Source of the DNA: an uncultured Candidatus Saccharibacteria bacterium
GTDB taxonomy: Bacteria; Patescibacteriota; Minisyncoccia; Minisyncoccales; JANBVM01
Length of the DNA: 64,000 bases
Assembly: GCA_964435835.1 (NCBI GenBank)
Contig: CAYSZX010000001.1
Location: 8,197 to 72,196, forward strand
Direction of reading: 5' to 3'
The number at the start of each line of letters is the position of its first letter. Position 1 is the first letter of the stretch. The translations under genes and the position numbers were made by a program. This document shows, one piece after another, positions 19,718-30,180 of the stretch. The notes under the pieces were generated by a model. That model did not search any database and was not told where the DNA came from. It saw only the letters and a list, made by a program, of their open reading frames with translations.

Positions 19718-20132
19718 TTAAACCTTTTTTAATTACAAATTTTGTTCTAACTGGTAATTTAGTTGAAGCTCTTCTGAAAACCTCTCTAGCTATTTCTTCT
19801 TCAACACCTCCCACTTCAAACATAATCCTTCCTGGTTTAACCGGAGCAACATAATGAGATAATTCCCCTTTTCCCAGACCCATCCTAAATTCTACTCCTT
19901 TAGAAGTAACGGGCTTATCAGGAAAAATTCTAATCCATAATTTTCCTCTTTTCTTAAAATGTCTAATAATTGTCTTTCTAGCTGCTTCAATTTGCCGGTC
20001 AGTAATCCAAGCCTTGTCCAATGATTTTAAACCATAAGCGCCAAAAGAAACTAAAGTCCCTTTAGTGGCAACTCCTTTCATTTTTCCTCTAAACTGTTTC
20101 TTGTATTTTGTATTTTTAGGTTGCATTACCAT
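19704..20132 (-). CDS. rplP: 50S ribosomal protein uL16
   Basis: [27 protein letters not shown]. Confidence 0.98.
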   Translation of the reverse strand: MVMQPKNTKYKKQFRGKMKGVATKGTLVSFGAYGLKSLDKAWITDRQIEAARKTIIRHFKKRGKLWIRIFPDKPVTSKGVEFRMGLGKGELSHYVAPVKPGRIMFEVGGVEEEIAREVFRRASTKLPVRTKFVIKKGLNENR

Positions 20133-20133
20133 A

Positions 20134-20820
20134 TTATTTCTCTTCTTTTTTCTTAGCTAATTTATCTTCTTTCTTGTAAATCCAAACTTTAATGCCAATC
20201 ACTCCGTAACTACAATAAGCTTCATCTTTAGCAAAATCAATATCAGCCCTTATTGTTTGTCTTGGAAGTAAACCTTCTCTTAACCATTCAGTTCGGGCAA
20301 TACTAATGCCATTTAATCTTCCTGCCACCTGAACTTTGGCTCCCTTAACTTCTCTTTGATTCATTATCTTGCCTAAAGCCTGTTTTAAAACTCTTCGATA
20401 ATGGGTTCTATTTTCAATCTGATCAGCCATCCATTGAGCAACTAAAGAAGCTTTTGCCCAAGGATCTCTTACTTCTTTAACTTCAATATCTAACTTAAAT
20501 TCTTCTTTTTTCTTCTTTTTCCTAAAAGGAGTTTCGGACATCTTTTGCAATAATTGAGATCTTAATGCTCTTACTTCTTTTCCTCCTCGTCCAATAACTA
20601 AACCAGGTCTCATTGAAGAAATAATAACTTTAATCTCATTTGGAGACCTTTTTATTTCAATTCTTGAAACTCCACAATCACCTATCTTTTTCTTAAGAAA
20701 TTCTCTAATCTTAAAATCCTCCTTTAAATATTCAGAAAAATTGTCTTCATAAAAGCCTTTGGAATCCCAATCTTTTGTTCGTTTTATCCTAAATAATTTT
20801 GGATTGACTTTGTGTGCCAT
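20134..20820 (-). CDS. rpsC: 30S ribosomal protein uS3
   Basis: [42 protein letters not shown]. Confidence 0.98.
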   Translation of the reverse strand: MAHKVNPKLFRIKRTKDWDSKGFYEDNFSEYLKEDFKIREFLKKKIGDCGVSRIEIKRSPNEIKVIISSMRPGLVIGRGGKEVRALRSQLLQKMSETPFRKKKKKEEFKLDIEVKEVRDPWAKASLVAQWMADQIENRTHYRRVLKQALGKIMNQREVKGAKVQVAGRLNGISIARTEWLREGLLPRQTIRADIDFAKDEAYCSYGVIGIKVWIYKKEDKLAKKKEEK

Positions 20821-20822
20821 AA

Positions 20823-21368
20823 TTAAAATGATTTTTTATGAAAAACTTGGTCTTTTTTCTTTGCTCTCAGCCCTTTCTTTTTCTTAGAGTATTGTTTCTT
20901 TGTTCTCTTCTTTCTTTTTTGCTTTTCTTTCTTTTTGCTCTTAGGCTTCTTTTTTGCTTTCTTTTCTTTCTTTCCTTTTGTTTTTTTCTTTTTCTTAGGT
21001 TTAGACTTCTTGATAGTATCTTTCACGTCTTTATCGATTTCGTCAAGTACAAGCTCAATATGAGATGTTCTTTTTTTAATAATATCTGCTTTCCCTCGCG
21101 CTCTCGGTAATCTTCTTTTAGCAGCCGGACCTTCGTTAACAATTAATTTAGTGATTAAAAGATTATCTTCTTTAACTCCGGGATAATTATTCTTAGCATT
21201 AGCTAAAGCTTGATCCAATAATTTCTTTAAAGGTAAAGAGGCTTTTTTTCTAGTAAAACGCAAAAGATTTTGAGCTTTTTCAAATTCTTTTCCCCTAATT
21301 AAATCAGCAACCAATCTAACTTTCCGAGGCGCAATCTTTAAATAATTTAACTCTGCTTTGGATATCAT
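20823..21368 (-). CDS. rplV: 50S ribosomal protein uL22 with long Lys-rich C-terminal tail
   Basis: [33 protein letters not shown]; about 70-aa basic extension. Confidence 0.96.
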   Translation of the reverse strand: MISKAELNYLKIAPRKVRLVADLIRGKEFEKAQNLLRFTRKKASLPLKKLLDQALANAKNNYPGVKEDNLLITKLIVNEGPAAKRRLPRARGKADIIKKRTSHIELVLDEIDKDVKDTIKKSKPKKKKKTKGKKEKKAKKKPKSKKKEKQKRKKRTKKQYSKKKKGLRAKKKDQVFHKKSF

Positions 21369-21652
21369 TTCTCTTTCTTATTTTTATCTAATTTCTTTTG
21401 CATCTTTCCTCCATGTTTAGAAAACTTTGTTGTTGGAGAAAACTCGCCAAGCTTATGACCGATCATATCTTCCCTAATTTTTACTGAAATAAAGTCCTTA
21501 CCATTATGAACTCTAAAAGTATAACCAATCATATCAGGCGTAATAACAGAACCCCGAGACCAAGTCTTAATTGGCTGATTCTTTCCAAATTTCTTCATTT
21601 TTTTCTTTACATTAGGACTAACATAAGGTCCTTTTTTAAGTGATCTTGGCAT
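21365..21652 (-). CDS. rpsS: 30S ribosomal protein uS19
   Basis: [30 protein letters not shown]. Confidence 0.98.
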   Translation of the reverse strand: MPRSLKKGPYVSPNVKKKMKKFGKNQPIKTWSRGSVITPDMIGYTFRVHNGKDFISVKIREDMIGHKLGEFSPTTKFSKHGGKMQKKLDKNKKEK

Positions 21653-21653
21653 A

Positions 21654-22448
21654 TTACTTTCTTCTTTTAATTATTAATTTATCTGAAGACTTCTTCTTTT
21701 TTCTTGTTTTAACTCCATGCGCAGGTTTCCCCCAAGGAGTTTTAGGATGTTTCATTCCAATTGAAGTCTTACCTGTTCCTCCACCATGAGGATGATCTAT
21801 CGTATTCATTGCTGTTCCTCTTACTGACGGTCTCCAACCTTTTCTTCTCTTAACTCCAGCTTTACCTGTTTTTTCAAATTTATTTTCAGGATGAGAAACT
21901 TGACCAATAGAAGCAAAACATTTACTCAAAACTTTCCTGATTTCCCCTGATCCAAGTTTCAAAATAGTATATTTCTCCTCATGAGACATAACTTTTGCAG
22001 AGGTTCCTGCTGCCCTCATCATCTTCCCCTCTTCTTGCGGATTTAAAGCAATATTATAAACTTGAGTCCCAGATGGAATATTCTTTAATTTCATTCTATT
22101 ACCAATCTCAACTTCTGCCTGATCAGCACAAATAATTTCACTTCCTATTTTAATATCAGTCGGAGCTAAAATATATCTTCTGTCTCCATTTTCATATTCA
22201 ATTAAAGCCAAAAAGGCTGTCCTATTCGGATCATATTCTACAGCAATTACTTTTCCTTTCAAGTCTTTTCTTTCCTGACCAAAGTCAACAATTCGATACA
22301 ATCTTTTTACTCCTCCTCCTCTGTGACGTACAGTAATTTTCCCTGAGCTTGATCTCCCTCCGTGCTTCTTTAAATGGACAGTGAGATGTTTCTCAGGTTC
22401 TTTTTTACTTAATTTCCTTCTTGAAATTTTCTTATCTTGCTTTTTCAT
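21654..22448 (-). CDS. rplB: 50S ribosomal protein uL2
   Basis: [38 protein letters not shown]. Confidence 0.98.
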   Translation of the reverse strand: MKKQDKKISRRKLSKKEPEKHLTVHLKKHGGRSSSGKITVRHRGGGVKRLYRIVDFGQERKDLKGKVIAVEYDPNRTAFLALIEYENGDRRYILAPTDIKIGSEIICADQAEVEIGNRMKLKNIPSGTQVYNIALNPQEEGKMMRAAGTSAKVMSHEEKYTILKLGSGEIRKVLSKCFASIGQVSHPENKFEKTGKAGVKRRKGWRPSVRGTAMNTIDHPHGGGTGKTSIGMKHPKTPWGKPAHGVKTRKKKKSSDKLIIKRRK

Positions 22449-22455
22449 AAATTAA

Positions 22456-22857
22456 TTATTGAATTAATTCTTCAATCTTTTGCCCCTTCTTTACAGTTAC
22501 AATAGCTTTCTTAAATCCCTTTCGATATCCTGTAATCCCTCTAACTCTTCTTTGTTTTCTAGGGGCTTTAATAATATTAACACTTTCAACATCTACATTA
22601 TACAAGGCTTTAACTGCCTTTTTAATTTCTATTTTGTTAACATTATTAAAAACCTTAAAAACATACTTATTGTCTCCGCTTAATCTTAATGTCTTTCCAG
22701 TAATATAAGGAGATTTTAAAATCTTGTAAGCAAAACCTTTAAAGTCTTTGGTTTTTTTCTTTGACTTTTTCTTTGTTTTTTTATTGCTTACTTTTTTCTC
22801 TTCTTTTTTCTTATCTTTCTTATCCTTTTTATTTTTAAATAAATCTTTAAAAGCCAT
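22456..22857 (-). CDS. rplW: 50S ribosomal protein uL23 with Lys-rich N-terminal extension
   Basis: KYVFKV...NK.EIKKAV..LYNV.V..VN, KKAIVT. Confidence 0.95.
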   Translation of the reverse strand: MAFKDLFKNKKDKKDKKKEEKKVSNKKTKKKSKKKTKDFKGFAYKILKSPYITGKTLRLSGDNKYVFKVFNNVNKIEIKKAVKALYNVDVESVNIIKAPRKQRRVRGITGYRKGFKKAIVTVKKGQKIEELIQ

Positions 22858-22859
22858 AA

Positions 22860-23492
22860 TTATTTCTTTAAAAATACTTTTTTAATAACATCAATACTTT
22901 CCTTTGGCATTATTACATACTTATAAGTCAAAACAGTCAAACAATTCAAATCCTTAGCTTGAATTGTATTTAAATAAGGGATATTTCTAATTGCTCTAAT
23001 TAACTTCTTATCCATCTCGGACAAAACAACTAAAGAGTTTTTCTTTTCCTTTAAAACCTTATCAAATATTGCCGCAGCTAATTTAGTCTTTCCTTTCTCA
23101 ATTTTCAATTTATCCAGCAAAACTAAAGTTTGATCTTTAACTTTACTCGACAAACTCATTAACATTGCTTTTCTTTTCATCTTCTTAGGAATCTTCTTTT
23201 TAAAATTTCTTTCATTTAAAGGTCCAAAAGTAGTTCCCCCTCCAACCCAAATAGGAGAACGAATAGAACCATGTCTTGCTCTTCCTAATCCTTTCTGACG
23301 CCAAGGTTTCTTTCCACCTCCTCTAACGGCTCCCCTGTCTTTAGTGTGGGCTGTTCCTGCTCTCTTATTTGCTTGTTGTGAAACAACAACCTGATAAAGC
23401 AAATCTCTATTAATCTTTACACCAAAAATATCTTCTGGTAAAGAAACTTTTTCAACCTTTTTTCCTTTTTGATCTAAAACTTGATATTTCAT
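22860..23492 (-). CDS. rplD: 50S ribosomal protein uL4
   Basis: GTAHTK.R..V.GGGKKPWRQKG.GRARHGSIRSP.WVGGG. Confidence 0.98.
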   Translation of the reverse strand: MKYQVLDQKGKKVEKVSLPEDIFGVKINRDLLYQVVVSQQANKRAGTAHTKDRGAVRGGGKKPWRQKGLGRARHGSIRSPIWVGGGTTFGPLNERNFKKKIPKKMKRKAMLMSLSSKVKDQTLVLLDKLKIEKGKTKLAAAIFDKVLKEKKNSLVVLSEMDKKLIRAIRNIPYLNTIQAKDLNCLTVLTYKYVIMPKESIDVIKKVFLKK

Positions 23493-24088
23493 ACTTCTGT
23501 TCTAATTTCTAAAAGAGTCCCCTTTCTCCCTGGAACCCCGCCCTTGATTAACAAAACATTATTTTCAGGATCAACTTTAACTATTTCAAGATTTTTAACA
23601 GTAATTCTTTTTCCTCCCATTCTACCCGGCATCTTTTTTCCTTTAATAACACGAGCTAAAGTAGACCAACCAATTGAACCAATCTTTCTAGTAGAAGGAG
23701 AACCTCTGGTAGCTGGTGCTCCTTTCATTCCCCATCTTTTAACACCTCCCTGAAAACCCTTTCCTTTAGCTATACCAGAAACTTTAACTTTATCTTTTTC
23801 CTTAAAAACAGAAACGTCAATTTCTTGACCTTTTTTGTAATCTTCAATCTTAATATTACCTTTAAACTCTCTAATAAATCTATAAGGTTTATTCTTGAGA
23901 GGTTTTTTAACTTTCTTATCTTTCAATTCTTTTAAACCAACTTGAATAGCTTGATAACCATCTTTCTCTTTATCTTTAATATCTAACACTTTATTTGGCG
24001 CAGCTTCAATAACAGTCACCGGAATTTGGTTACCTTCTTCATCGAAAATCTGAGACATTCCATTTTTTAAACCTAATATAAATTTCAT
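23489..24088 (-). CDS. rplC: 50S ribosomal protein uL3
   Basis: K.GMSQIF, PVTVI, DGY.AIQVG, KGKGFQG.VKRW, KGKKMPGRMG; start MKFILG preceded by AAGGA. Confidence 0.97.
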   Translation of the reverse strand: MKFILGLKNGMSQIFDEEGNQIPVTVIEAAPNKVLDIKDKEKDGYQAIQVGLKELKDKKVKKPLKNKPYRFIREFKGNIKIEDYKKGQEIDVSVFKEKDKVKVSGIAKGKGFQGGVKRWGMKGAPATRGSPSTRKIGSIGWSTLARVIKGKKMPGRMGGKRITVKNLEIVKVDPENNVLLIKGGVPGRKGTLLEIRTEV

Positions 24089-24196
24089 ACTTCCTTTTAA
24101 AACAAAACCGAGCAATAGCCCGGAAATAAATCAAAAGCTATTCTAACAAAATTAATAATTATTTAATAATATTTAACATGTAATGCTTAAAAATTG

Positions 24197-24532
24197 TTAC
24201 ATTTTTATTTCAATGTCCACTCCAGCAGGCAAATCTAAATTCCTTAAAGCATCTAATATCTTAGGATTTGGCTCTAAAATGTCAATCAATCTCTTATGAA
24301 CTCTAATTTCAAACTGTTCCCTAGAAGTTTTATGAACAAAAGTAGATCTATTAACTGTATATTTATGAGTCTCTGTCGGCAAAGGAACTGGACCAACTAC
24401 TTTGTTTCCACAACGAATAGCCGTTTCTACAATTTCCTTAGCAGAACTGTCAATTATCTTATGATCATAAGCTCGTAATTTAATACGAATCTTTTTCTTT
24501 AAATCTTTTTTCTTCTTTTTTTTCTTTGGCAT
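24197..24532 (-). CDS. rpsJ: 30S ribosomal protein uS10
   Basis: [40 protein letters not shown]. Confidence 0.98.
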   Translation of the reverse strand: MPKKKKKKKDLKKKIRIKLRAYDHKIIDSSAKEIVETAIRCGNKVVGPVPLPTETHKYTVNRSTFVHKTSREQFEIRVHKRLIDILEPNPKILDALRNLDLPAGVDIEIKM

Positions 24533-24557
24533 TTTTTAAATTAATAGGAACTCCTTT

Positions 24558-24598
24558 AAAAACAAACTGAGACTTACTTGTAAGTCTCAGACATGTTT
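24558..24598 (-). terminator. Strong hairpin after tuf (terminator or processing site before rpsJ)
   Basis: Perfect 10-bp stem ctgagactta-caag-taagtctcag followed by tttgttttt on minus strand. Confidence 0.65.
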
Positions 24599-24603
24599 CT
24601 TCA

Positions 24604-25800
24604 TTATTTAATTATTTTACTAACAATTCCAGCTCCGACAGTTTTTCCTCCTTCTCTGATAGCAAATTTTTGCTTTTCTTCCATAGCAATTGGGGCAATA
24701 AGATTTACTTTAAGATCTACCTTGTCTCCAGGCATAACCATTTCAGTTTCTTCAGGAAGAATAACGTTTCCAGTAACATCAGTAGTTCTAAAGTAAAATT
24801 GAGGTTTATAACCTTTAAAGAAAGGAGTATGTCTTCCACCTTCTTCCTTAGATAAAATATAAACCTGAGCTTCAAATTCTGTATGAGGAGTAATACTACC
24901 TGGTTTAGCTAAAACTTGTCCTCTTTCAATATCATCTTTTTTAACCCCTCTTAACAAAACACCAACGTTATCACCGGCTAAACCTTCATCAAGAATTTTA
25001 TTAAACATTTCAACAGAAACAACGGTTGTTTCTTCCGTATCCTTAATTCCAACTATTTCTACTTTTTCGTCAGGCTTTACAGAACCTCTTTCAATTCTTC
25101 CAGTAGCTACTGTTCCTCGCCCCTCGATAGAAAAGACATCCTCAATAGCCATTAAAAATGGCTTATCAGTATCTCTTTCTGGATCTGGGAAATAAGAATC
25201 AATAGCTTCAACTAATTCTCCTATTGGCTTCATAGCTTCATCATCAAGAGAATCAGCTTCAGTTGCTTTTAAAGCAGAACCTCTTACGAAAGGAATGTCA
25301 TCGCCAGGAAATTCATACTTCTTTAACAATTCTCTTAATTCTTCTTCCGCCAAATCAATCATTTCAGGATCATCAACTGCGTCACATTTATTCATAAAAA
25401 CAACAATAGCTGGAAGTCCTACCTGTCTAGCAAGCAAAATATGTTCTCTTGTCTGAGGCATTGCTCCATCAACAGCACTAACAACCAAAACAGCTCCGTC
25501 CATTTGAGCAGCTCCAGTAATCATATTCTTAATATAGTCAGCGTGTCCTGGACAATCAATCCAAGCATAGTGCCTCTTGTCAGTTTCAAACTCAACGTGA
25601 GAAACAGCAATAGTAACACCTCTTTCCTGCTCTTCAGGAGCAGAATCAATTTCTTTTGTTGTTAAATCAGATCCCTTCCAACCTTTAAGCTTACAATATT
25701 TTAAAAGACCAGCTGTTAAAGTAGTCTTTCCATGGTCAACATGACCAATGGTACCAATATTAATATGAGGTTTTGTTCGTTCGAATTTTTCTTTTGCCAT
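24604..25800 (-). CDS. tuf: Elongation factor Tu
   Basis: [46 protein letters not shown]. Confidence 0.99.
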   Translation of the reverse strand: MAKEKFERTKPHINIGTIGHVDHGKTTLTAGLLKYCKLKGWKGSDLTTKEIDSAPEEQERGVTIAVSHVEFETDKRHYAWIDCPGHADYIKNMITGAAQMDGAVLVVSAVDGAMPQTREHILLARQVGLPAIVVFMNKCDAVDDPEMIDLAEEELRELLKKYEFPGDDIPFVRGSALKATEADSLDDEAMKPIGELVEAIDSYFPDPERDTDKPFLMAIEDVFSIEGRGTVATGRIERGSVKPDEKVEIVGIKDTEETTVVSVEMFNKILDEGLAGDNVGVLLRGVKKDDIERGQVLAKPGSITPHTEFEAQVYILSKEEGGRHTPFFKGYKPQFYFRTTDVTGNVILPEETEMVMPGDKVDLKVNLIAPIAMEEKQKFAIREGGKTVGAGIVSKIIK

Positions 25801-25927
25801 ATAAATAAAGAGTTTAACTCACAACTATTCTGAAACAAGCTTCAGAATATCGTTCATTCACTCATTTAATTAATTATTAATTGTTTATATTATTACTTTT
25901 TTAACCTTTTTAAATAAATAAGTCAAA

Positions 25928-28036
25928 TTACCTCGACTTACCTTCAATGATTTCCTTTGTAATATTCTGCGGAATTTCATCGTAGTGGTCGAATTCCATT
26001 GTAAACGTTCCCCTTCCCTTAGTCAAGCTTCTAATTGTTGTCGCATAACCAAACATCTCAGACAAAGGAATTTCCGCTTCAATTACCTTCAAGTTATGTC
26101 TATCCTCTGTTTTCTTAACTTCCCCTCTTCGAGAAGACAAATCACCAATAATATCACCAAAGTAGTCAGCAGGGACGACAACATCTAATTTCATTATTGG
26201 TTCCAACAAAACAAGATCGGCTTTTCTGGCTGCTTTTTGTAAGGCCATAGAACCTACTATTTTAAAAGCAAATTCAGAAGAATCAACCTCATGATAAGAA
26301 CCATCAAGAAGAGTAACTTTGGCATCAACCATTGGATATCCAGCCAAAACACCCTTACTCATTGCCTCCTTTATTCCTTTTTCAATAGCAGGAATAAATT
26401 CTCGAGGAATTGTCCCTCCTTTAATTTCGCTTTCAAACTCAAAACCTTCTCCTCTTTCTAAGGGCTCAAGACTAATAATGGCGTGACCATACTGTCCCCT
26501 TCCTCCTGATTGTCTTTTATATTCTGTTTCTGCTTCAGCCGTTTTCTTGATTGTTTCTTTGTAAGCAACCTGAGGCTTACCAACATTTGCTTCAACTTTA
26601 AATTCTCTTTTCAATCTGTCGATAAGAATTTCCAAATGTAATTCTCCCATCCCGGAAATAATTGTCTCGCCCGTATCCTCATCATGTTTAATTGTAAAAG
26701 TAGGATCTTCTTCAGATAGTTTCTTTAAACCTTCATTCATTTTTTCTTCATCAATTTTTTCTTTTGGTTCAACCCTAATAGAAATAACAGGTCTAGAGAA
26801 AGCAATATCTTCCAAAATAACTGGTTCATCCTCATTACATAAAGTATGACCAGTAGCAGTATTTTTTAATCCAACCGTTGCCGCAATATCACCAGCGTAA
26901 ACTTTATCTAAATCCTCTCTTTTATTTCCAGTCATTCTTAATATTCGACTAATTCGTTCTTTTTCTTCTGTATTTGCATTAAAGATATAAGAACCTTTTT
27001 CTAAAGTTCCAGAATAAACTCGAAAGAAATTTAAAGTTCCTACGTAAGGATCAGTTGCTACTTTAAAAACTAAGGCAGCAAATGGTTCAGAATCATCACA
27101 CTTTCTCTCTATTTCCTCATCGGAATCTATATCATTTCCTACTACAGGTGGAATATCTAAAGGATGCGGTAAATAATAAACAACTGCGTCCAAAAGAGGC
27201 TGCACTCCTTGATTTCGTAAAGCAGAACCACAAAAAACAGGAATTAAATTAAAATTAATAGTTGCTTTTCTTAAAACTTTTCTTAATTCATTAAGAGAAA
27301 CATCTTCTTCATTTTCTAAATATTTTTCCAATAATTCTTCGTCTTCCGAAACAATCTTTTCAATCAACTCCTTTCTCCATTTCTTTGCCTTTGGTAATAA
27401 TTCCTCAGAAATTTCACTTTCTACTATTTTTTCTCCAAGATCCCCTTCAAATCTAATCTCTTTCATTTTTAATAAGTCAATTACTCCCTCAAAATCAGAA
27501 CCAGCTCCGATTGGAAGTTGAACAGCTACAGCGTTAGGATTCAGTTTTTCCCAAATAGATTTCAAACTTTTTTCAAAATCAGCTCCTGTCTTGTCCATTT
27601 TATTAATAAAACAAATTCTTGGAACCTCATATTCATCAGCTTGTCTCCAAACAGTTTCTGATTGAGGTTCTACTCCAGCCACTCCGTCAAAAACCACTAC
27701 TCCTCCATCAAGAACTCTTAAAGATCTCTGAACTTCAGCCGTAAAATCAATATGTCCGGGAGTATCAATAATATTAATTTTATAATCCTGATCTTCTTTT
27801 TCTTTTAAATCCTGAGGTAACCAAAAATTAGTTACTGCTGCAGAAGTAATAGTAATTCCTTTTTCTCTCTCCTGCTCCATCCAATCAGTAACTGTGGTTC
27901 CCTCATCAATATCACCAATCTTGTGAGTTTTTCCACTGTAAAATAAAATACGCTCGGTTGTCGTAGTCTTACCGGCATCAATATGAGCAATGATACCAAT
28001 GTTTCGATATTTTTTTATCGGATATTTTCTAGCCAT
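25928..28036 (-). CDS. fusA: Elongation factor G
   Basis: [54 protein letters not shown]. Confidence 0.99.
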   Translation of the reverse strand: MARKYPIKKYRNIGIIAHIDAGKTTTTERILFYSGKTHKIGDIDEGTTVTDWMEQEREKGITITSAAVTNFWLPQDLKEKEDQDYKINIIDTPGHIDFTAEVQRSLRVLDGGVVVFDGVAGVEPQSETVWRQADEYEVPRICFINKMDKTGADFEKSLKSIWEKLNPNAVAVQLPIGAGSDFEGVIDLLKMKEIRFEGDLGEKIVESEISEELLPKAKKWRKELIEKIVSEDEELLEKYLENEEDVSLNELRKVLRKATINFNLIPVFCGSALRNQGVQPLLDAVVYYLPHPLDIPPVVGNDIDSDEEIERKCDDSEPFAALVFKVATDPYVGTLNFFRVYSGTLEKGSYIFNANTEEKERISRILRMTGNKREDLDKVYAGDIAATVGLKNTATGHTLCNEDEPVILEDIAFSRPVISIRVEPKEKIDEEKMNEGLKKLSEEDPTFTIKHDEDTGETIISGMGELHLEILIDRLKREFKVEANVGKPQVAYKETIKKTAEAETEYKRQSGGRGQYGHAIISLEPLERGEGFEFESEIKGGTIPREFIPAIEKGIKEAMSKGVLAGYPMVDAKVTLLDGSYHEVDSSEFAFKIVGSMALQKAARKADLVLLEPIMKLDVVVPADYFGDIIGDLSSRRGEVKKTEDRHNLKVIEAEIPLSEMFGYATTIRSLTKGRGTFTMEFDHYDEIPQNITKEIIEGKSR

Positions 28037-28050
28037 AAGTAATTAATTAT

Positions 28051-28521
28051 TTACCAAGAAAAATGAGCAAAGGCTTTGTTGGCTTCAGCCATCTTATGAG
28101 TATCAATCTTTTTCTTGACTGCCCAGCCTGTCTTATTGGAAGCATTAATAATGGCTTTAGCTAATCTTTCTTTCATTGGCCTTCCTTTTTCATTCTTAGC
28201 CGCCTGAATAATCCAACGCAAAGATAAAGCCAACCCTCTACCACCTGTTACTTCTCTAGGAACCTGATAAGTAGCACCCCCTACTCTTTTAGCTTTAACC
28301 TCTAAAAGAGGAGAAGTATTTTCAATAGCTCCTTTAAAAACTTTTAAAGGCTCTTTCTTGGTTTTCTTTTTAATAATATCAAAAGCACCATAAACAATTT
28401 TTCTAGCAATACTCTTTTTCCCTTTACGCATTACATAATTTATAAGTTTCGAAACAACTATATCATTATAAACCATGTCGGGCTCTAAATCTCTTGTTCT
28501 AATTTTTTTAATCTTAACCAT
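28051..28521 (-). CDS. rpsG: 30S ribosomal protein uS7
   Basis: [32 protein letters not shown]; start moved to 28521. Confidence 0.97.
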   Translation of the reverse strand: MVKIKKIRTRDLEPDMVYNDIVVSKLINYVMRKGKKSIARKIVYGAFDIIKKKTKKEPLKVFKGAIENTSPLLEVKAKRVGGATYQVPREVTGGRGLALSLRWIIQAAKNEKGRPMKERLAKAIINASNKTGWAVKKKIDTHKMAEANKAFAHFSW

Positions 28522-28522
28522 A

Positions 28523-28936
28523 TTATTCTTTTGGTTTCTTAGTTCCGTATTTAGATCTTGAACTCTTTTTACCTTCAACTCCAGCGCAATCCAAAACACC
28601 TCTAACTACCTTATAATTTACACCAGGTAAGTCTTTCATTCTTCCTCCTTTTACTAAAACAACGGAGTGTTCTTGTAAATTATGTCCTTCGCCTGGAATA
28701 AAAGCAGTAATTTCTTGACCATTACTTAAACGAACCCTAGCTACCTTTCTTAATCCAGAATGGGGCTTCTTGGGAGTCATTGTAAAAACCTTAATACAAA
28801 TTCCTCTTTTAAAAGGAGATAAGTATTCAGACTTTCTGTTCTTTTTTGCATTAAAACCATATTTAAAAGCAGAAGTCTTAGACTTCTTTTTAGTTTTATC
28901 GCGTCCTTTTCTAACTAATTGATTAATTGTTGGCAT
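28523..28936 (-). CDS. rpsL: 30S ribosomal protein uS12
   Basis: [46 protein letters not shown]. Confidence 0.98.
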   Translation of the reverse strand: MPTINQLVRKGRDKTKKKSKTSAFKYGFNAKKNRKSEYLSPFKRGICIKVFTMTPKKPHSGLRKVARVRLSNGQEITAFIPGEGHNLQEHSVVLVKGGRMKDLPGVNYKVVRGVLDCAGVEGKKSSRSKYGTKKPKE

Positions 28937-28948
28937 AATTGATTATTA

Positions 28949-28977
28949 AAATTAACAATTAACAAAATAAAAGTCAA
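28949..28977 (-). promoter_or_regulatory. Sigma70-type promoter of the str operon
   Basis: TTGACT-17 nt-TAATTT with TG extension just upstream of rpsL. Confidence 0.6.
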
Positions 28978-28981
28978 CTTT

Positions 28982-29593
28982 TTAATTTCCGGAAATTAAG
29001 AAAAACAATAATCTTGCTCCCCAAAACACAAAATCAAAACCAATAAACATTAAAAAGAATAAAAGAATCATCATTCCGTATCTTTTTAAAATCATCTTTA
29101 ATTTAAAGAATCTATGAGATAAAAAACTAAACAAAACATGAGAACCATCTAAAGGAGGAATAGGAATTAAATTAAAAACAGCAAAAGCAAAATTATAAAT
29201 AGCAATTATTTCAAAAAAAGGTAACATTCTTTGAGGTAAAAAAGGAAATCTAACAAGTAAGCTAAAAATTAACCCAACTAAAAAATTACTTAAGGGACCA
29301 GCAATTGAAACTTTTAAATTTCCCCATTTCCTATCTCTAAAATTATTGGGATTAACAGGAACAGGTTTAGCCCAACCAAAAACTGGAGAACCAATTAAAA
29401 ACAAAAACAAAGGAAGAATAATAGTTCCAAACAAATCAATGTGAGCTAAAGGATTAATAGTTAGTCTCCCCGACCTCTTAGCTGTAGGATCACCTAAATA
29501 ATAAGCAACACTTCCGTGTGCTATTTCATGAATAACAATCGAAAAAAACAAAACAATCAAAGAAAAAAATGAATAAGTAAGTTCTCTAACCAT
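28982..29593 (-). CDS. Site-2 protease family (peptidase M50) membrane metalloprotease
   Basis: HEIAHG, GD.TA...GRLT.NPL.HID, GWAKPVPVN, AGPLSN, FNLIPIPPLDGS. Confidence 0.93.
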   Translation of the reverse strand: MVRELTYSFFSLIVLFFSIVIHEIAHGSVAYYLGDPTAKRSGRLTINPLAHIDLFGTIILPLFLFLIGSPVFGWAKPVPVNPNNFRDRKWGNLKVSIAGPLSNFLVGLIFSLLVRFPFLPQRMLPFFEIIAIYNFAFAVFNLIPIPPLDGSHVLFSFLSHRFFKLKMILKRYGMMILLFFLMFIGFDFVFWGARLLFFLISGN

Positions 29594-29653
29594 ATAAATA
29601 ATAATACATTATCTCTTGCAAAAAAACAAAAAAACTTATAAGATAGCTACATT

Positions 29654-29875
29654 ATGGCTCAAAAATGTCCAATATGTAAAAAAAGATCTCGCATGTTTAG
29701 AGGTCTCAATAAGTTAAGAGGGAAATATAACCCTAGTACTAAAAGAAGAAGAAAGCCAAATCTTCAATGGGTTACAATACCAGAGAATATAAAAAGGCCA
29801 GCTTTTAAAGAATTTAAAGGACAAAGAATAAAAGCTTGCGCCAAATGTATTAAAACATTGTCGAAACGAAAATAA
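29654..29875 (+). CDS. rpmB: 50S ribosomal protein bL28 (Zn-type)
   Basis: C.IC.K, TKRRRKPNLQ, IKACAKCIK. Confidence 0.88.
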   Translation: MAQKCPICKKRSRMFRGLNKLRGKYNPSTKRRRKPNLQWVTIPENIKRPAFKEFKGQRIKACAKCIKTLSKRK

Positions 29876-29896
29876 GGCTTAAAAAATAATTAATTT

Positions 29897-29926
29897 AAAA
29901 CTTCTCATTTATTTGAGAAGTTTTTT
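29897..29926. terminator. Bidirectional terminator between rpmB and convergent ncRNA
   Basis: aaaacttctca-tttatt-tgagaagtttt inverted repeat with A/T tracts on both sides. Confidence 0.7.
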
Positions 29927-29960
29927 AGTATTCTACTCTTTCCTTTTAGTTTAGATTTTA

Positions 29961-30091
29961 TTGCCTTGCTCTATCTTAATATAGTTCTGAACGAACTCAA
30001 GTGGGTGCTTAAGATGTATCCCACGAGATACAATCATTATCAAGCTCCCTTTAAAAAATTATTACAGAATATATTTAGAAGAGCAAGGCAT
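29961..30091 (-). ncRNA. ssrS: Probable compact 6S RNA (SsrS-like)
   Basis: Ends pair (tgccttgctct 29962-29972 with agagcaaggca 30080-30090, continuing as an irregular stem); internal hairpin; GGGAGCTTGA and GCACCCACTTG segments recall Firmicutes-type 6S RNAs; own promoter. Confidence 0.65.
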
Positions 30092-30096
30092 TTTTA

Positions 30097-30125
30097 ATTC
30101 TATCTTACTGAAAAAGCGTTGTCAA
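30097..30125 (-). promoter_or_regulatory. Near-consensus sigma70 promoter driving the ncRNA
   Basis: TTGACA (30125-30120), 17 nt, TAGAAT (30102-30097), 6 nt before the stem starts. Confidence 0.8.
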
Positions 30126-30180
30126 AAATCATATTAAAAACAGAAAATCTTTCGGTTTAGATTGCTGTTTCTAATTAGAA

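Noticed and set aside
2150-26188. Short alternative-frame and antisense ORFs in the track (e.g. 2150-2344, 4900-5250, 6423-6686, 16788-17165, 20838-21110, 24593-24796, 25985-26188)
   Set aside because: They lie within or opposite well-supported genes and have no motifs; shadow ORFs
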